Assembly (NCBI GenBank): GCA_951406725.2
Contig: OX597822.1
Span: 74,834,001-74,898,000, forward strand
DNA: 64,000 nucleotides
Direction: 5' to 3'
Source: Octopus vulgaris
Lineage: Eukaryota
Position 1 is the first letter of the stretch. Every line of letters starts with the position of its first letter. A program made the translations under genes and the position numbers. Below, piece after piece: positions 41,328 through 53,594 of this stretch. The notes beneath the pieces were generated by a model, which was not told where the DNA came from, did not search any database, and saw only the letters and a program-made list of their open reading frames with translations.

Positions 41328-41697
41328 TTCTATGTTTGACTTTTACTTTACATTTGCACAAGCTGGCTCCAAGTCTCACCCAGAGACCTCAAGAGACAAC
41401 AAGTTGGAAGTTCATGTTGGTGTTATGCCTAGGGTGCCATATATTTGGTTTTGTACTTAGAGTTGTACTAGTGAATGCCTAAAAAAACCATACGAAAATT
41501 ATGTTTGTTTTAAAACTTGAGATTACAAAGGAAGTATTTTGCGTAGGATATGAGCAGTTCCCATGAGCACTATCTTTTGAATTTCTGCCATTTTGAGGTT
41601 TCCTGGTATCTGAATTAGGTAGCAATCAGCCCCTTTTGCTATCATTCTCAAGGCACCTATGACAACAGGTATTGTTTTAGTCTTCAGGTTCCACATT
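41328..41697 (-). mobile_element. 5'-truncated R4/Dong-like LINE (restriction-like endonuclease C-terminus plus 3' UTR)
   Basis: MWNLKTKTIPVVIGAL...IQKIVLMGTAHILRKIL; (TAA)n on both sides, the known Dong target. Confidence 0.8.
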
Positions 41698-43117
41698 TTA
41701 TTATTATTATTATTATTAACTTGTTGAGTCTGGAGAAAGGGACACTGCAAAAGAGAGATGTTATTGTTTCACTTTTGACATGTAATACTGAAATAGTGGA
41801 GAAGATATGATATTGCTGTGGGCTTGCACTAGACAAGGAGTTGAAAATTTTTTGGGGGGCCTATGACACTACATGGACTCTAAGTAAGGCATGTGTAAAA
41901 TTGGTTGTGTAGTTCTCAAGTTTTAGGGATTCACACAGACAGACACACATTCTCATCTTTATATATATATATATATATATAAATATATATATAGATGGTC
42001 ACAATGCAATAGAGGGCATTAAAACATTCGGAGAGATAGACAATACAAAGGCAGACAAGAGAAACAATAATTAGGACAGACAGAAAAAGATGGGTCATTC
42101 TTGGCTTTCTTTCATCAGTCAAGTCCCAGAAGTCATGACCATTTCGGACAGTTACACTTGAGATGGTTCGATCTGGTTGCTCCCCAAAAAGTCTCAGCTA
42201 AGAGCATTAGATCCCTTTGTAATATATGTATATGTGTATGCTTGTGTGCCTGTGTTTACTCCCCCACTCCCAACATCGCTTGACAACTGATGCTGGTGTG
42301 TTTACATCCCCGTAACTTAGTGGTTCAGCAAAAGAGACTGATAGAATAAGTACTAGGCTTACAAAGAATAAGTCCTGGGATTGATTTGCTTGACTAAAGG
42401 CAGTGCTCCAGCATGGCCGCAGTCAACTGACTGAAACAAATGAAAGAATAAAGAATAATGATGAACAGATATGAGACCAAACACAGTCTTCTGAATCAAA
42501 CTTATGCCATTAACAGCAAAATCCAGGTAAAGAGCCACCTCTACCACTAAACACATCTTTATTAGAAGCCAAAAGGCCTTTATGTGATTGTTTGATTTGC
42601 TGGAAATCGCAGCTAAATCTTCCTCAAATCACACCCCAATGTCTCAGTAAAAAAGATGCTAGATTTGTGCTTCTGGGTTCACTGCACATAAAGGGAGAGT
42701 AAGATGGCCACCAGGGCCAGATTTAGGCATAAGTTAAAGAAGCTACAGCTTAAGTCTTTACAGTCAGCAGAGGCCTTGAAATAATTAAATGGTTCTTATT
42801 GCAAACCGCATTCATAAATAAAGCGTCTGTGATGTATGGGTTTTTTTTTTTATTGTATTAAAAAATATATAAATTATTGAAAATACATAAATAAATAAAG
42901 TACCAAAGTGGGAATGGTTATTATTTGTTTAGCTTTGAGACAATTAAATTTGATCTAGCCTAGCCACAAGTTAATTCGACTTAAGTTGTGTCTCCTGGAA
43001 CCAATTAACAACATAGAATGAGGTACGCCTATATATATATATATATATATATATAAGTACGTTTAAATATTTGTTGTGCAAGATTTTTATGTGAAGTCGT
43101 GTGTTGAAACAGATATT

Positions 43118-43321
43118 GTTATATTTCGGAATGGTCATATTGCCAGTTTAGCCAATAAAAACACACGCACTATATATTTGGAGTGTGACGAAAGAACTTT
43201 GGCCGAAGTAAGATTAAGATTAATGTAAAAAATAAATATCACTGAAGCAAAATAACACCAAATATATAGTGCGTGTGTTTTTATTGGCTAAACTGGCAAT
43301 ATGACCATTCCGAAATATAAC
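43118..43321. repeat. Perfect inverted repeat with about 64-bp arms
   Basis: gttatatttcggaatggtcatattgccagtttagccaataaaaacacacgcactatatatttgg is mirrored at 43258-43321. Confidence 0.95.
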
Positions 43322-44124
43322 TATATATATATATATATATCTCAGGAATGAGGGAAGGTGAGTTTGGTGCAGAGGTACATAAATCGAACTAAATAGCATA
43401 GTACTTTTGTTTGACACTGATTTTGTTCATTCGAAGCCAATATACATACATGCACAATTATGTATTTTAACACACACACACACACACACACACAGAGTAG
43501 GCTTCTGCATAGTTTCTGTCAAGCAAATTTCACTCACATAGCATTGGTCAATCCCAAGACCTTGGCAGAAGTCATTTGACTCAAGTTATACACAGTAAGA
43601 TTGAACCTGTAACCGTATAGTGAACTCGTTAATCACATGGCCATTTCCCCTGCCCATTGGCAGTGTTAGAGTCAAGCTTTTTCTGTAACTTGACACCGTT
43701 TCACAATGGTAAAACATCTGGCAGGGTTTAACTTTTAATTCCTGCTGTGTGTTTTTCCTATGTTATTTATGAGCATCAGAATTTGTTTATATAGCGTGCA
43801 TGTGTACTTGCGCATATATGTGTGTGTTTATGTGTGTACATGGGTGTGTGTGTGTATATGTGTAATATATGTAGGTGTGTGTGTGTTCGTGTGCAGATTT
43901 CTGTATATGGCTAACTCTTCAATGCAGACCTGATTTTGAGCGGTAGAGAATCAAGAGTAACGGAAAGCCTTCGTTGCTCAGGTGACTGCTGTAGCACTTG
44001 CAGGGAACACATGTACACACCTACATATACACACAGAAATATACATATACAAGTATGTATGTATGTATGTGTGATCATCATCATTGTTTAACGTTTGCCT
44101 TCCATGCTTGCATGTGTTTAAGTG

Positions 44125-44162
<38 letters not shown>

Positions 44163-44524
44163 TTGGAACCAAAATGTGGGTCATTTTTCAGTTGGTGGTG
44201 TTTAAATGTGATTGTGCTTCTCACTTGACATCTTTATATATATTTTCTAAAAGGTAACATGTCTTTCTGTATAGTTACTGTGTGAATAGTTTATTTCTAC
44301 TGTTTTTATATTAAAAGTGAAATTGGAGGGGAAATCAAGATACATTTGCGTAGGAGTGGCTGTGTGGTAAGTAGCTAGCTTACCAACCACATGGTTCCGG
44401 GTTCAGTCCCACTGCGTGGCACTTTGGACAAGTGTCTTCTATAGCCTTGGGCCGAACAAAGCCTTGTGAGTGGATTTGGTAGACGGAAACTGAAAGAAAC
44501 CCGTCGTGTATATATATATATATA

Positions 44525-46197
44525 CACTTGCGTCGGAAATTAATTAGCACTTCCCAAATTTCTACATTTTCTTACATTTTCTTAATTTAATTAACTTATT
44601 ATCAGAAACGAACTTGTTTTTAATCAAAAATTTATTAAAACATATCCCAGCACACCACATAATTGTTATTAATCGTGAAATTTAGTCAATATCTTGTTGC
44701 TCCTCCTTTGGCAGCAATGACATCTTCTACGCGGGTCGGCATGCTGTCTATGAGTGCCTGCAGGTACTGTGCAGGGATGGCCCTCCATGCAGCAAGAAGT
44801 GCCCCAAACAGCTTGTGTCGGTTCCTGTATTGCTGCACATTCAAATCCCTACCCAATCGACTCCAGAGGTTCTCAATAGGGTTCAGGTCAGGTGACTGGC
44901 CAGGCCAGTCCATGACCGTCACCCCATGGTCCTTGACGAAACTGGTTGTGAGCTTGGCTGTGTGGGAAGGCGCGTTGTCCTGCTGGAGCATGTACTCCTC
45001 GCCACCAAAGAGGTATCCCGTACTATCTCAACGTACTTTGCTGCGTTGATGTTGCCTTCGACGGCATAGAGCCGCCCAACACCACTGTAGCTGAACGCCC
45101 CTCACACCATCAGACCACCCCCACCATGCTTCATGGTGGGAGCAATGCAGTCTTTGTTGAAGCGCTCACCCCTGCGGTGTCGCACATGGACAGGCTTGTC
45201 ACTGACGAGACTGAATTGCGACTCGTCAGTGAACATCACTGTCCACTACTGCTGCACAGTCCATGTCTTGTGGGCTGTAAGGAGCGGCTTATGGGCGGCC
45301 CTACAGGATTTTAGACCAGCTTCCAGTAATCTGGTCTTGACGGTAGTTGTAGACAACTGCTTCCCTGTCATCTTTTGCATCTCCTCCGCCAGTTGCTGGC
45401 TCGTTGCCCTTCGGTTGTACAGTAACTTTTGGATCAGCATCCGGTCCTCCCGCTGGGTCGTCAGCCTCTTCCGTCCCCTACCCTTTTTGTCAGCTGCTGA
45501 TCTGGTTTCCTCATATTTCTTAAATAAGCACTGAATTGTGCGCCTGGCTACACCAAGTTTTCTGGCTATTGCAGCCTCCGACAGCTTCGCACGCCACGAG
45601 AGAGCCTCGTACCGTCTCTCCAAGATCATGCGAGGTCTTGGGCCCATCTAGGAATGAACGATAAAAACCAGTTATTTTCATTAAAACTATTCATTTGAAT
45701 AATGTTATGCTATAACAAAACTGCTATGAGTTGTTATTCATTAAACAAAAAGAAAGAAAGCAGAATTTCTCACCTTATTTGATGTATAACAGAAAGTTTT
45801 GTGAACCAGAAGTGGCATCATCAAGCAGAGTGTAGGAGAATTTGTGAGGAAAAAAATCTTGCAAATACACAAATCAATTAACCTACGAGCTGTTCAAAAC
45901 GTCTTACGCGATGAGAAAACTTAGTACGGTGTGATTTCGGTCCTTGCGAGGCGCTACCTATATCTATTAAACAAAGGAAGATTTGTCTGCATCCGCACTC
46001 CAAGTTGTTGTTGCACTGCTATGTCAACATCATTAGGCTGTAGACTCTCAAACTGCTCTGCAAACAAAGTTACGTCATCGTTCTGCGCAACAGTGAACTC
46101 ACAACAAAGCAATAGTTCGAGATATGGCCACTAGGTGACAGCAAATACCTTGAGTGAAGAGCAAATCAAGGGTGCTAATTAATTTCTGACGGTAGTG
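44525..46197 (-). mobile_element. Near full-length Tc1-like DNA transposon inserted in the TA tract of a family A SINE (44348-46420)
   Basis: 26-bp TIRs cacttgcgtcggaaattaattagcac / gtgctaattaatttctgacggtagtg; TA flanks. Confidence 0.95.
44686..45647 (-). pseudogene. Tc1 transposase, frameshifted
   Basis: HTH region (IARKLGVARRTIQ; GRGRKRLTTQREDR) and catalytic motifs QQDNAPSH and WPGQSPDLNPIENLW, split over several frames. Confidence 0.93.
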
Positions 46198-46429
46198 TAT
46201 ATATATATATGTGTGTGTGTATGTGTGTCTGTGTTTGTCCCCCCAACATCGCTTGACAACCGATGCTGGTGTGTTTATGTCCTCATAACTTAGCGGTTTG
46301 GCAAAGAGTCTGATAAAATAAGTACTAGGCTTACAAAAAATAAGTCCTGGGGTTGATTTGCTTGACTAAAGGCGGTGCTCCAGCATGGCCACAGTCAAAT
46401 GACTGAAACAAAAGAGTAAAAGAGTAATT

Positions 46430-46890
46430 ATTTCTGGAAAAGATAAAAAATGATTTACAAACAAAACAGCAAATAAGTTTATGGAGATAGTACCAAAGCT
46501 GAAGGGACTGTAAGTGGTTTGCAAGTTTTAGGAGTGGAAATTTTGACTTGGTAGACTGGGAAAATTTCTGCAGGTCTACAGTCATTGATAACAAAATCAA
46601 AGCATTAATCAGATCACCTGACATAAGACATTGCAGAGATACTTCACATATATGAGTGTTATAAAGCATTTGAAAACTTTTGGATTCATGAATCACTGCT
46701 TTTTTGGTACCTCGTAATTTAATGGAAAAAATAAAAATTTATTGTATTGCATTTCCATCTGTGATTCTCTGATCAAACACAACAAAAAGGACCCTTTTTT
46801 TTTTTTTTTTTGAGAATAAAGATCACAGGTGATATAAAATGGTTTGTTTACAACATTGTGGAGTGAGAAAGATCCTGGAGAAAATGAAAT
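46430..46890 (+). pseudogene. Degenerate mariner transposase N-terminal half
   Basis: KWFASFRSGNFDLVD (WF..F..G.FDL.D) and ITGDIKWFVYN (TGDEKW motif). Confidence 0.75.
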
Positions 46891-47579
46891 GAACCACCTT
46901 TTATCATTCAGGTGTGGCTGTGTGGTAAGAGGCTTGCTTCCTCAACCACATGGTTCTAGTTTCAGTCCCACTGCATGGCCTCTTGAGCAAGTGTCTTCTA
47001 CTGTAGCCTTGGGTTGAACAAAACCTTGTGTGTGGATTTGGTAGACAGAAACTGAAAGAAGCTTGTTATATATATATCACCGTGATCTCCGTGACTGACC
47101 AGGCTATCAGATGTTGCAACACATCGCTTATCACAATGCACTTTGCATTGTTTTAGCCTTCAAATGACGCCACCCCGCTGGCTAAGCGAGCAGGCCAACA
47201 GAAGAAAGTTGTGGCGAAAGAGTACAGCAGGCATCGCCACCACCCCCTGCTGGAGCCTCGTGGAGCTTTAGGTGTTTTCACTCAATAAACACTCACAACA
47301 GCCGGCCTGGGAATCGAAACTGCGATCCTACGACCGCAAGTCCGCTGCCCTAACCACTGGGCCATTGCGCCTCCACTATATATATACATATATTTTTATC
47401 TATGTATTCATGTTTTAATCTCCACATGTATATATATATATGTCTATATATGTAGGCTTGACTTGAACATGCTGAAATGAAAAGTAAACTCTGTAAAAAC
47501 TAAAATTAATATCAACAGCATTGCAAGGGTTTCTCACTTCTTCTTTAAATGATGTTTATGCTCAAAAGTATGCATATCT

Positions 47580-47840
47580 CGTGCTGATATGAGATTGCAC
47601 CAGTGCACCCGTGTGGGTCAGACATAAATGAACTATTGGAATTTCATTCTGGATGCCCAGTTTCAATGGAGTGTCTGTCAAAAAGTCTGCAAGTCCACAT
47701 GGAGGATTGAAGCAGCACTTGAACATTCTTAATAAACAAATGGAAAATGGAGCCAATGCCAAAATGAGACATTACAGCAGTATTTGTGATCAGCTCTTCA
47801 AATGCTTTTCAGGGCTCAAAAGTTATTTATGATCTCACGC
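47580..47840 (+). pseudogene. Two decayed C2H2 zinc fingers, probably an RTE LINE C-terminus
   Basis: SVCQKVCKS-GGLKQHLNI and SICDQLFKCFSGLKSYL*SH, with a frameshift and a stop. Confidence 0.6.
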
Positions 47841-48360
47841 TGGGAAAGAGCAATTATAGATACAAGAAAAGGTCAAGCTCTGCAAGCAGCAGACAGCCAC
47901 CATATATGGACACAGGTGTGGGCGTGTGGTGAGGAATTTTACTTTGGAGCTTTGTGGTTTCATGTTTATTCCTGTTGTGACACAGCTTGAGTATTTGTTG
48001 TCTCCAGTAGCCTCAAGCCGACCAAAGTCGTGTGAGTGGGATTGGGTGATGGAAATTATGGGAAAGCCCATTGTGCATGTGTATGTGTGTGTGGAAGTAT
48101 TTGTATGTGTAGTGGCTGATAAAAAGCACCCAGTACACTCTGTAATGGTTGGTACTCAGAAGAGCATCTGGCCTTAGAAACCATGCCACAACAGACAAAC
48201 CATCCAACCCATGCCAGCATGGAAAACAGACATTAAAGGATGATGATGTGTGTTACATATGTGTATGTGAATTTATATATGCATGTCTGTGTGCCATGTG
48301 AGTTTATATATGTGTGTGTATTGTTATGTATATGTATCAAAAAATAAAAAAAAATAAAAA

Positions 48361-48790
48361 ATCAAAATCGTTCAACATGAATGGAAATTGTAGCTGTGAT
48401 ACCAGTGCCGGTGGCAAATAAGAGAACCATCCGAACGTAGCCGTTGCCAGCGCTGCCCTGACTGGCTTCCGTGCCGGTGGCACATAAAAAGCACCATCCG
48501 ATCGTGGCCGTTGCCAGCCTCGCCTGGCCTCTGTCCCGGTGGCATGTAAAAAGCACCATCCGATCGTGGCCGTTTGCCAGCCTCGCCTGGCCTTCGTGCC
48601 GGTGGCACATAAAAAGCACTCACTACACTCATGGAGTGGTTGGCGTTAGGAAGGGCATCCAGCCGTAGAAACATTGCCAGATCAGACTGGGCCTGGTGCA
48701 GCCTTCTGGCTTCCCAGACCCCAGTTGCACCGTCCAACCCATGCCAGCATGGAAAGCGGACGCTAAATGATGATGATGATGATGATGATG
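48361..48790 (+). mobile_element. Family D element, young copy with about 59-bp internal tandem units
   Basis: gtgccggtggcacataaaaagcaccatccgatcgtggccgttgccagcctcgcctggcc repeated 3-4 times, then the RTE-type tail and (GAT)n. Confidence 0.85.
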
Positions 48791-49610
48791 TGAGTTTATA
48801 TATGTCTGTGTGTGAGTATATCTGTCTCTGTATATGAACATGTTAAATAAGAACAATGAGAAAAATGAACAACTATACAAAATATTTCATAAGTTTATGA
48901 TAATTTAGCAACAGGCATGACCCCAGAAAAAAAATTTCAAAAATTTGTTCCTAATTGCTAGGCAAAACAATACAAAATATTGAATAACAAAGCAAAAAAA
49001 ACTGTTATCAGCAAACTAATTGTGTCTACTATATTTAGAAATTTCTTCAAAATTATCCAAATTCCATTAGCATGCAATGAAAGTGATGTTCTAAATACCT
49101 ACCAACATTTGTTGTTAAACATGGCATTTATTAAGAAAGGAAAGCTTAAAGTAAATAAGATATATAAAGGATAAAAGAATTTTTTTTTGTTTGGCATTAT
49201 TACATAAACAAAAAAAAAAAATGAACTTTTGTACTTATTTATGTTTGTGTGTAATGGTTTCTGTATGTGTGTGTTGATGTACTTACATACTAAATGCTTC
49301 AAACTAGTTCTGTTTGTATGTATTAGTATTTTCTAGGCAACTCTGTGAACTGTGTTTAGTGAGAGCAGCATATGAATATGCAAACAGTCAAAAGTGTCAC
49401 AACACATGCACATACATATGGACTATTGTTATTATGGGAAGGATTACACGTCATATGTATATATACATATACATATTTATATATGTGTGAATATATTCCT
49501 ATATTAGCTCTCTCTCCATTGTATGTATGTATGTATGTGTGTATATATATATATATATATAAATAAATAAATAAATAAATAAATGGAGTTAAACACGGGT
49601 GTTATTCAAA

Positions 49611-49712
49611 TTCTTTTACTTCCGACACATGTTTCGAAGATATCATTGGTATTATTCCAAAGGAACAAAATGGTGTAAAATAATGTAATCTTCTCTTCAG
49701 GGAAATGAAGAA
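49611..49712 (-). ncRNA. Type I hammerhead ribozyme (in an inverted PLE pseudo-LTR)
   Basis: AUUUCC-CUGAAGA-GAAGAU...AUCUUC-GAAA-CAUGUG-UC^GGAAGU: stems I, II and III can all form; predicted cut between 49624 and 49623. Confidence 0.8.
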
Positions 49713-49989
49713 CTAAAACTCGTCAATTAGACATTTTAACAGAATATGATGGATATGTAAAGTAATGAACTGACCGCTATAAAGTTGTTTTTTTTTAAAA
49801 AACCTTAGAGGATATAACATCAAAGGTAGCCTATAGAAAGAGGAGGGGTAAAGGAAAGAAAAAATCAGAAACCAAATAAATAAGAAGTATAGAATAATAT
49901 GCAAATTAAATAAAACCCTAAAGTCTTGGAAAAAGATATATCTAGTGAAAATGAAATCCCTCTCTCTCTTTCGGAGAGGCACAAGCTCC

Positions 49990-50166
49990 TACATGCACAT
50001 ATACACACACGGCAGTAACTTCCGCCTGCCGAATTCAATCACAAAGCTTCGGTCGGCTCGGGGCTGTAGCGGAAGACACCTACCCAAAGTGCCACGCAGT
50101 GGGACTGAACCCGAAACCATGTAGTTGGGAAGCAGGCTCCCTAACCACACAGCCATGCCCGCGCCT
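49990..50166 (-). mobile_element. Family A SINE 5' half, CpG-rich
   Basis: tRNA head through the (TG)n tract; lies between the hammerhead region and the PLE RT. Confidence 0.85.
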
Positions 50167-50288
50167 ACTAATGTAAGAAATGTAAGAAGAAAATCAGTGT
50201 TTAAATTATATATGATGATAGATATCACTTATATGAACTAAAGGTGTGTTTCTGCCAATGTTTACATTGGTAAGCACGCTTTATAACC

Positions 50289-50915
50289 ATGTTTACTTGG
50301 AACTGCTTAAAAGAAATTCAAAAAAACTATAGGATTGCTGATAAAAGTGTACTCATGAAAGCTAACCTTGAGGTTAAGAAAATTATGGAGAGGTATAACT
50401 TACAAATGAAGACAGAACCACTTGATCCTAAGCAACCTTGGTTTATTGTGAAAGATCATAAACAAAATTTTTTTAATAACCCTTCCTTAAGACTTATCTG
50501 TCCTTCTAGCTCTGACATCGGTGTACTTAGTAAAAATATTCTAAAAAAATGTATTCCTACCTTAATTAAAAAATTAAAGCTTAGTTTATGGTCCAATTCA
50601 TTGCAAGTCGTCAACTGGTTTAGTTCTATTACTAATGAGAGGAGCAGTAAGTTTATCCAGTTTGACCTTTCTAGTTTTTATTCCTCCATCAACCCAATAG
50701 AAATTAATAAGGCACTTTGGCTTGCTCATAACAAAGCTGGTTTCACCAGGGAAGAAATTAATGTTGTGTTGGCTGCCAGAAAATCTATCATAAAGTTTGA
50801 CAATAAGATGTGGTTCCGTAAATACACACCCGATGGTTTTGCTGTTACGATGGGAAGTTCTGATTCAGCACAAGTAACTGATTTAGTCTGTAAATATATA
50901 TACTTTTTGAAATGA
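50289..50915 (+). mobile_element. Penelope-like element reverse transcriptase fragment (fingers to motif B')
   Basis: KDHKQNFFNNPSLRLICP, FIQFDLSSFYSSI (motif A), AARKSII and VTMGSSDSAQVTDLV (motif B'). No intact YxDD motif or GIY-YIG domain is visible. Confidence 0.85.
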
Positions 50916-51018
50916 ATGATGCTGTTTATATGATAGTGACACCCATTTACAATTAACACACAGTGTCCAGACAAGATGTACATACATCATCATCATCATT
51001 TAGCATCTGTTTTCTATG

Positions 51019-51053
<35 letters not shown>

Positions 51054-51767
51054 ATCATCATCATCATCATCATCGTTTAACGTCCGCTTTCCGCGCTAGC
51101 ACGGGTTGGACGGTTTGACCGGGTCTGGGAAGCCAGGGCCCGCTCCAGGCTCCAGTCTGAATCTGGCAGAGTTTCTACGGCTGGATGCCCTTCCTAACGC
51201 CAACCACTCCGTGAGTGGATTGGGTGCTTTTTACGTGCCACCTGCACAGGGGCCGGAGGGTCCGGCATCGTCACGATCGGTTCGAGCATTTTAACGTGTC
51301 AGCGGCACGGGGGGGTACAACGAGGTCCGGGGTACTTTGGGGATCGGGGTACTTTGGGGATCCGGGGTACTTAGAATGGGTAGGGGGTATGTGGAATTGC
51401 TGCAGAAAGCAGCCCGGGTCTGGGTCCAGTTGAGGCGGGTAATATAGGGGAGCAACCAGTGGGGAAGGTTGGGGTTAGGGTTAGGGTAAGGAGGAACGAT
51501 GGCAGGAAGGGTTGGTGTAGGTTCCTAAGAAATAAAAACGTAGGATATTACGAGGCGGGAGGGTACTAAAAGGGGATGGTCGGATTGAGGCAGTGTCAGG
51601 AGGAAGCGTAAGATCGGTGGGCAGTTGATGAGCTATGGCGCTAGCAGCTTGTCTTTTCACAGTGAAAGCATATGAGGAAAGGGATAGTGGGGGGAGGAGG
51701 AGGGAGTAGGGCGTACCCGGTGTAGATGAGTAGGGCGTATCCGGTGTAGATGGTGAGAACAGGGTAT

Positions 51768-52160
51768 ACTGGTATTGGTGGTGGGGGTGAGAACAGTGTT
51801 CACCGGTATTGGTGGTGGCGGTGAGAACAGTGTTCACCGGTATTGGTGGTGGGGGTGAGAACAGTGTTCATCGGTATTGGTGGTGGGGGTGGGGGGCGTT
51901 TTCATAGGTATTGGTGGTGGGGGGGGCGGGTTCATCGGTATTGGTGGTGGTGGTGGTGGGGGGGGGGTTCATCGGTATTGGTGGTGGGGGTGGGGGGGGG
52001 TTCATCGGTATTGGTGGTGGGGGGCGGGTTCATCGGTATTGGTGGTGGGGGCGGGTTCATCGGTATTGGTGGTGGGGGTGGGGGGGCGGGTTCATCGGTA
52101 TTGGTGGTGGGGGGGGGGGGGGGTTCATCGGTATTGGGGGTGGGGGTGGGGGGCGGGCGC
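51768..52160 (+). repeat. G-rich VNTR (ttcatcggtattggtggtg(g)n, about 12 units)
   Basis: ggtattgg recurs at about 27-36 nt spacing, with variable G runs. Confidence 0.95.
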
Positions 52161-53310
52161 ACCGCCAATGGCGGAAAGAAGGGAAAAGATGGGATTACGG
52201 CTTGAGGTAGCCTAAGGTTAAATTTTGTAGAGAGAGAGATAGGAAAGATAAATCAAGTTATGGCGAAGGCTTGAAAGTAGCCTAAAAGGTTAAATTTTCG
52301 TAAATTTTCGATGGGTAAGACGAATCAAGTTATCAATGTATGAATAAACGTAGTAACAACGAATAAAAATAGTAAGATAAATTTTTAAGAACTTGCTGCG
52401 GGCATCGACCGGGAGTTGAAATTGAAGAAGTAAGTAAGTTGAATTGGGAATTTAAATTGCAGAATCGTAATGGTAATGGCGATTTTCAAGTTTTAGCATA
52501 AGAAGAAGAAGAGGAGGAAAGACCGCCACCGCCAATGGCGGAAAGAAGGGAAAAGATGGGATTACGGCTTGAGGTAGCCTAAGGTTAAATTTTGTAGAGA
52601 GAGAGATAGGAAAGATAAATCAAGTTATGGCGAAGGCTTGAAAGTAGCCTAAAAGGTTAAATTTTCGTAAATTTTCGATGGGTAAGACGAATCAAGTTAT
52701 CAATGTATGAATAAACGTAGTAACAACGAATAAAAATAGTAAGATAAATTTTTAAGAACTTGCTGCGGGCATCGACCAGGAGTTGAAATTGAAGAAGAAG
52801 TAAGTTGAATTGGGAATTTAAATTGCAGAATCGTAATGGTAATGGCGATTTTCAAGTTTTAGCATAAGAAGAAGAAGAGGAGGAAAGACCGCCACCGCCA
52901 ATGGCGGAAAGAAGGGAAAAGATGGGATTACGGCTTGAGGTAGCCTAAGGTTAAATTTTGTAGAGAGAGAGATAGGAAAGATAAATCAAGTTATGGCGAA
53001 GGCTTGAAAGTAGCCTAAAAGGTTAAATTTTCGTAAATTTTCGATGGGTAAGACGAATCAAGTTATCAATGTATGAATAAACGTAGTAACAACGAATAAA
53101 AATAGTAAGATAAATTTTTAAGAACTTGCTGCGGGCATCGACCGGGAGTTGAAATTGAAGAAGTAAGTTGAATTGGGAATTTAAATTGCAGAATCGTAAT
53201 GGTAATGGCGATTTTCAAGTTTTAGCATAAGAAGAAGAAGAGGAGGAAAGACCGCCACCGCCAATGGCGGAAAGAAGGGAAAAGATGGGATTACGGCTTG
53301 AGGTAGCCTA
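52161..53310. repeat. Tandem repeat: 3 full near-identical units plus a partial unit
   Basis: accgccaatggcgg starts at 52161, 52528, 52894 and 53257 (periods 367, 366, 363); differences lie mainly in a gaag/taag slippage tract. Confidence 0.97.
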
Positions 53311-53533
53311 TATATATATATATATATACATACACACACACCATGTTACTACTAGTAACATTCAACAGTCATTTCGATGTGGCAACTGGCTTTACTATTT
53401 AGTATACATTATTACTGTCTCTTCTTGAGATCTTATAACTAGCTACTTTGCTTGTTGCGAATTAGTGACCAATGGTCACTTTGTTTACAATATATTGTTA
53501 GCAGTAACGGATTCTGGCTATCACTCTGATGCA

Positions 53534-53594
53534 CAGATTCTCATGGCTGAAGATGAGCCAAATAGCTCGAAACTGAGTCAGTCTCATAATCCTG
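53534..53594 (+). ncRNA. Type I hammerhead ribozyme with palindromic stem III
   Basis: CAGAUU-CUC-AUGG-CUGAAGA-U-GAGC(CAAAUA)GCUC-GAAA-CUGAGUCAG-UC^UCAU-AAUCCUG; predicted cut after 53583. Confidence 0.78.

Larger units (their letters stand above)
51052..53310 (-). mobile_element. Composite non-autonomous retroelement: tandem monomers + C-rich VNTR + unique segment + family D tail
   Basis: (TA)n on both sides, (ATG)n tail at the left end, CpG-rich throughout; modules abut without intervening host-like DNA. Confidence 0.65.

Noticed and set aside
47580-47840. Host C2H2 zinc-finger gene exon
   Set aside because: It has a frameshift, a stop, lost Cys/His ligands and no TGEKP linkers; better explained as a decayed LINE terminus.
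51843-52215. Gly-rich and Pro-rich ORFs in several frames
   Set aside because: They are products of a stop-free VNTR with frame-breaking G-run variation.
52161-53310. Possible CRISPR array, or 5S/SL RNA/snRNA tandem cluster
   Set aside because: Whole units are repeated with no unique spacers, the context is eukaryotic, and no recognisable RNA gene or hammerhead core is present in the unit.
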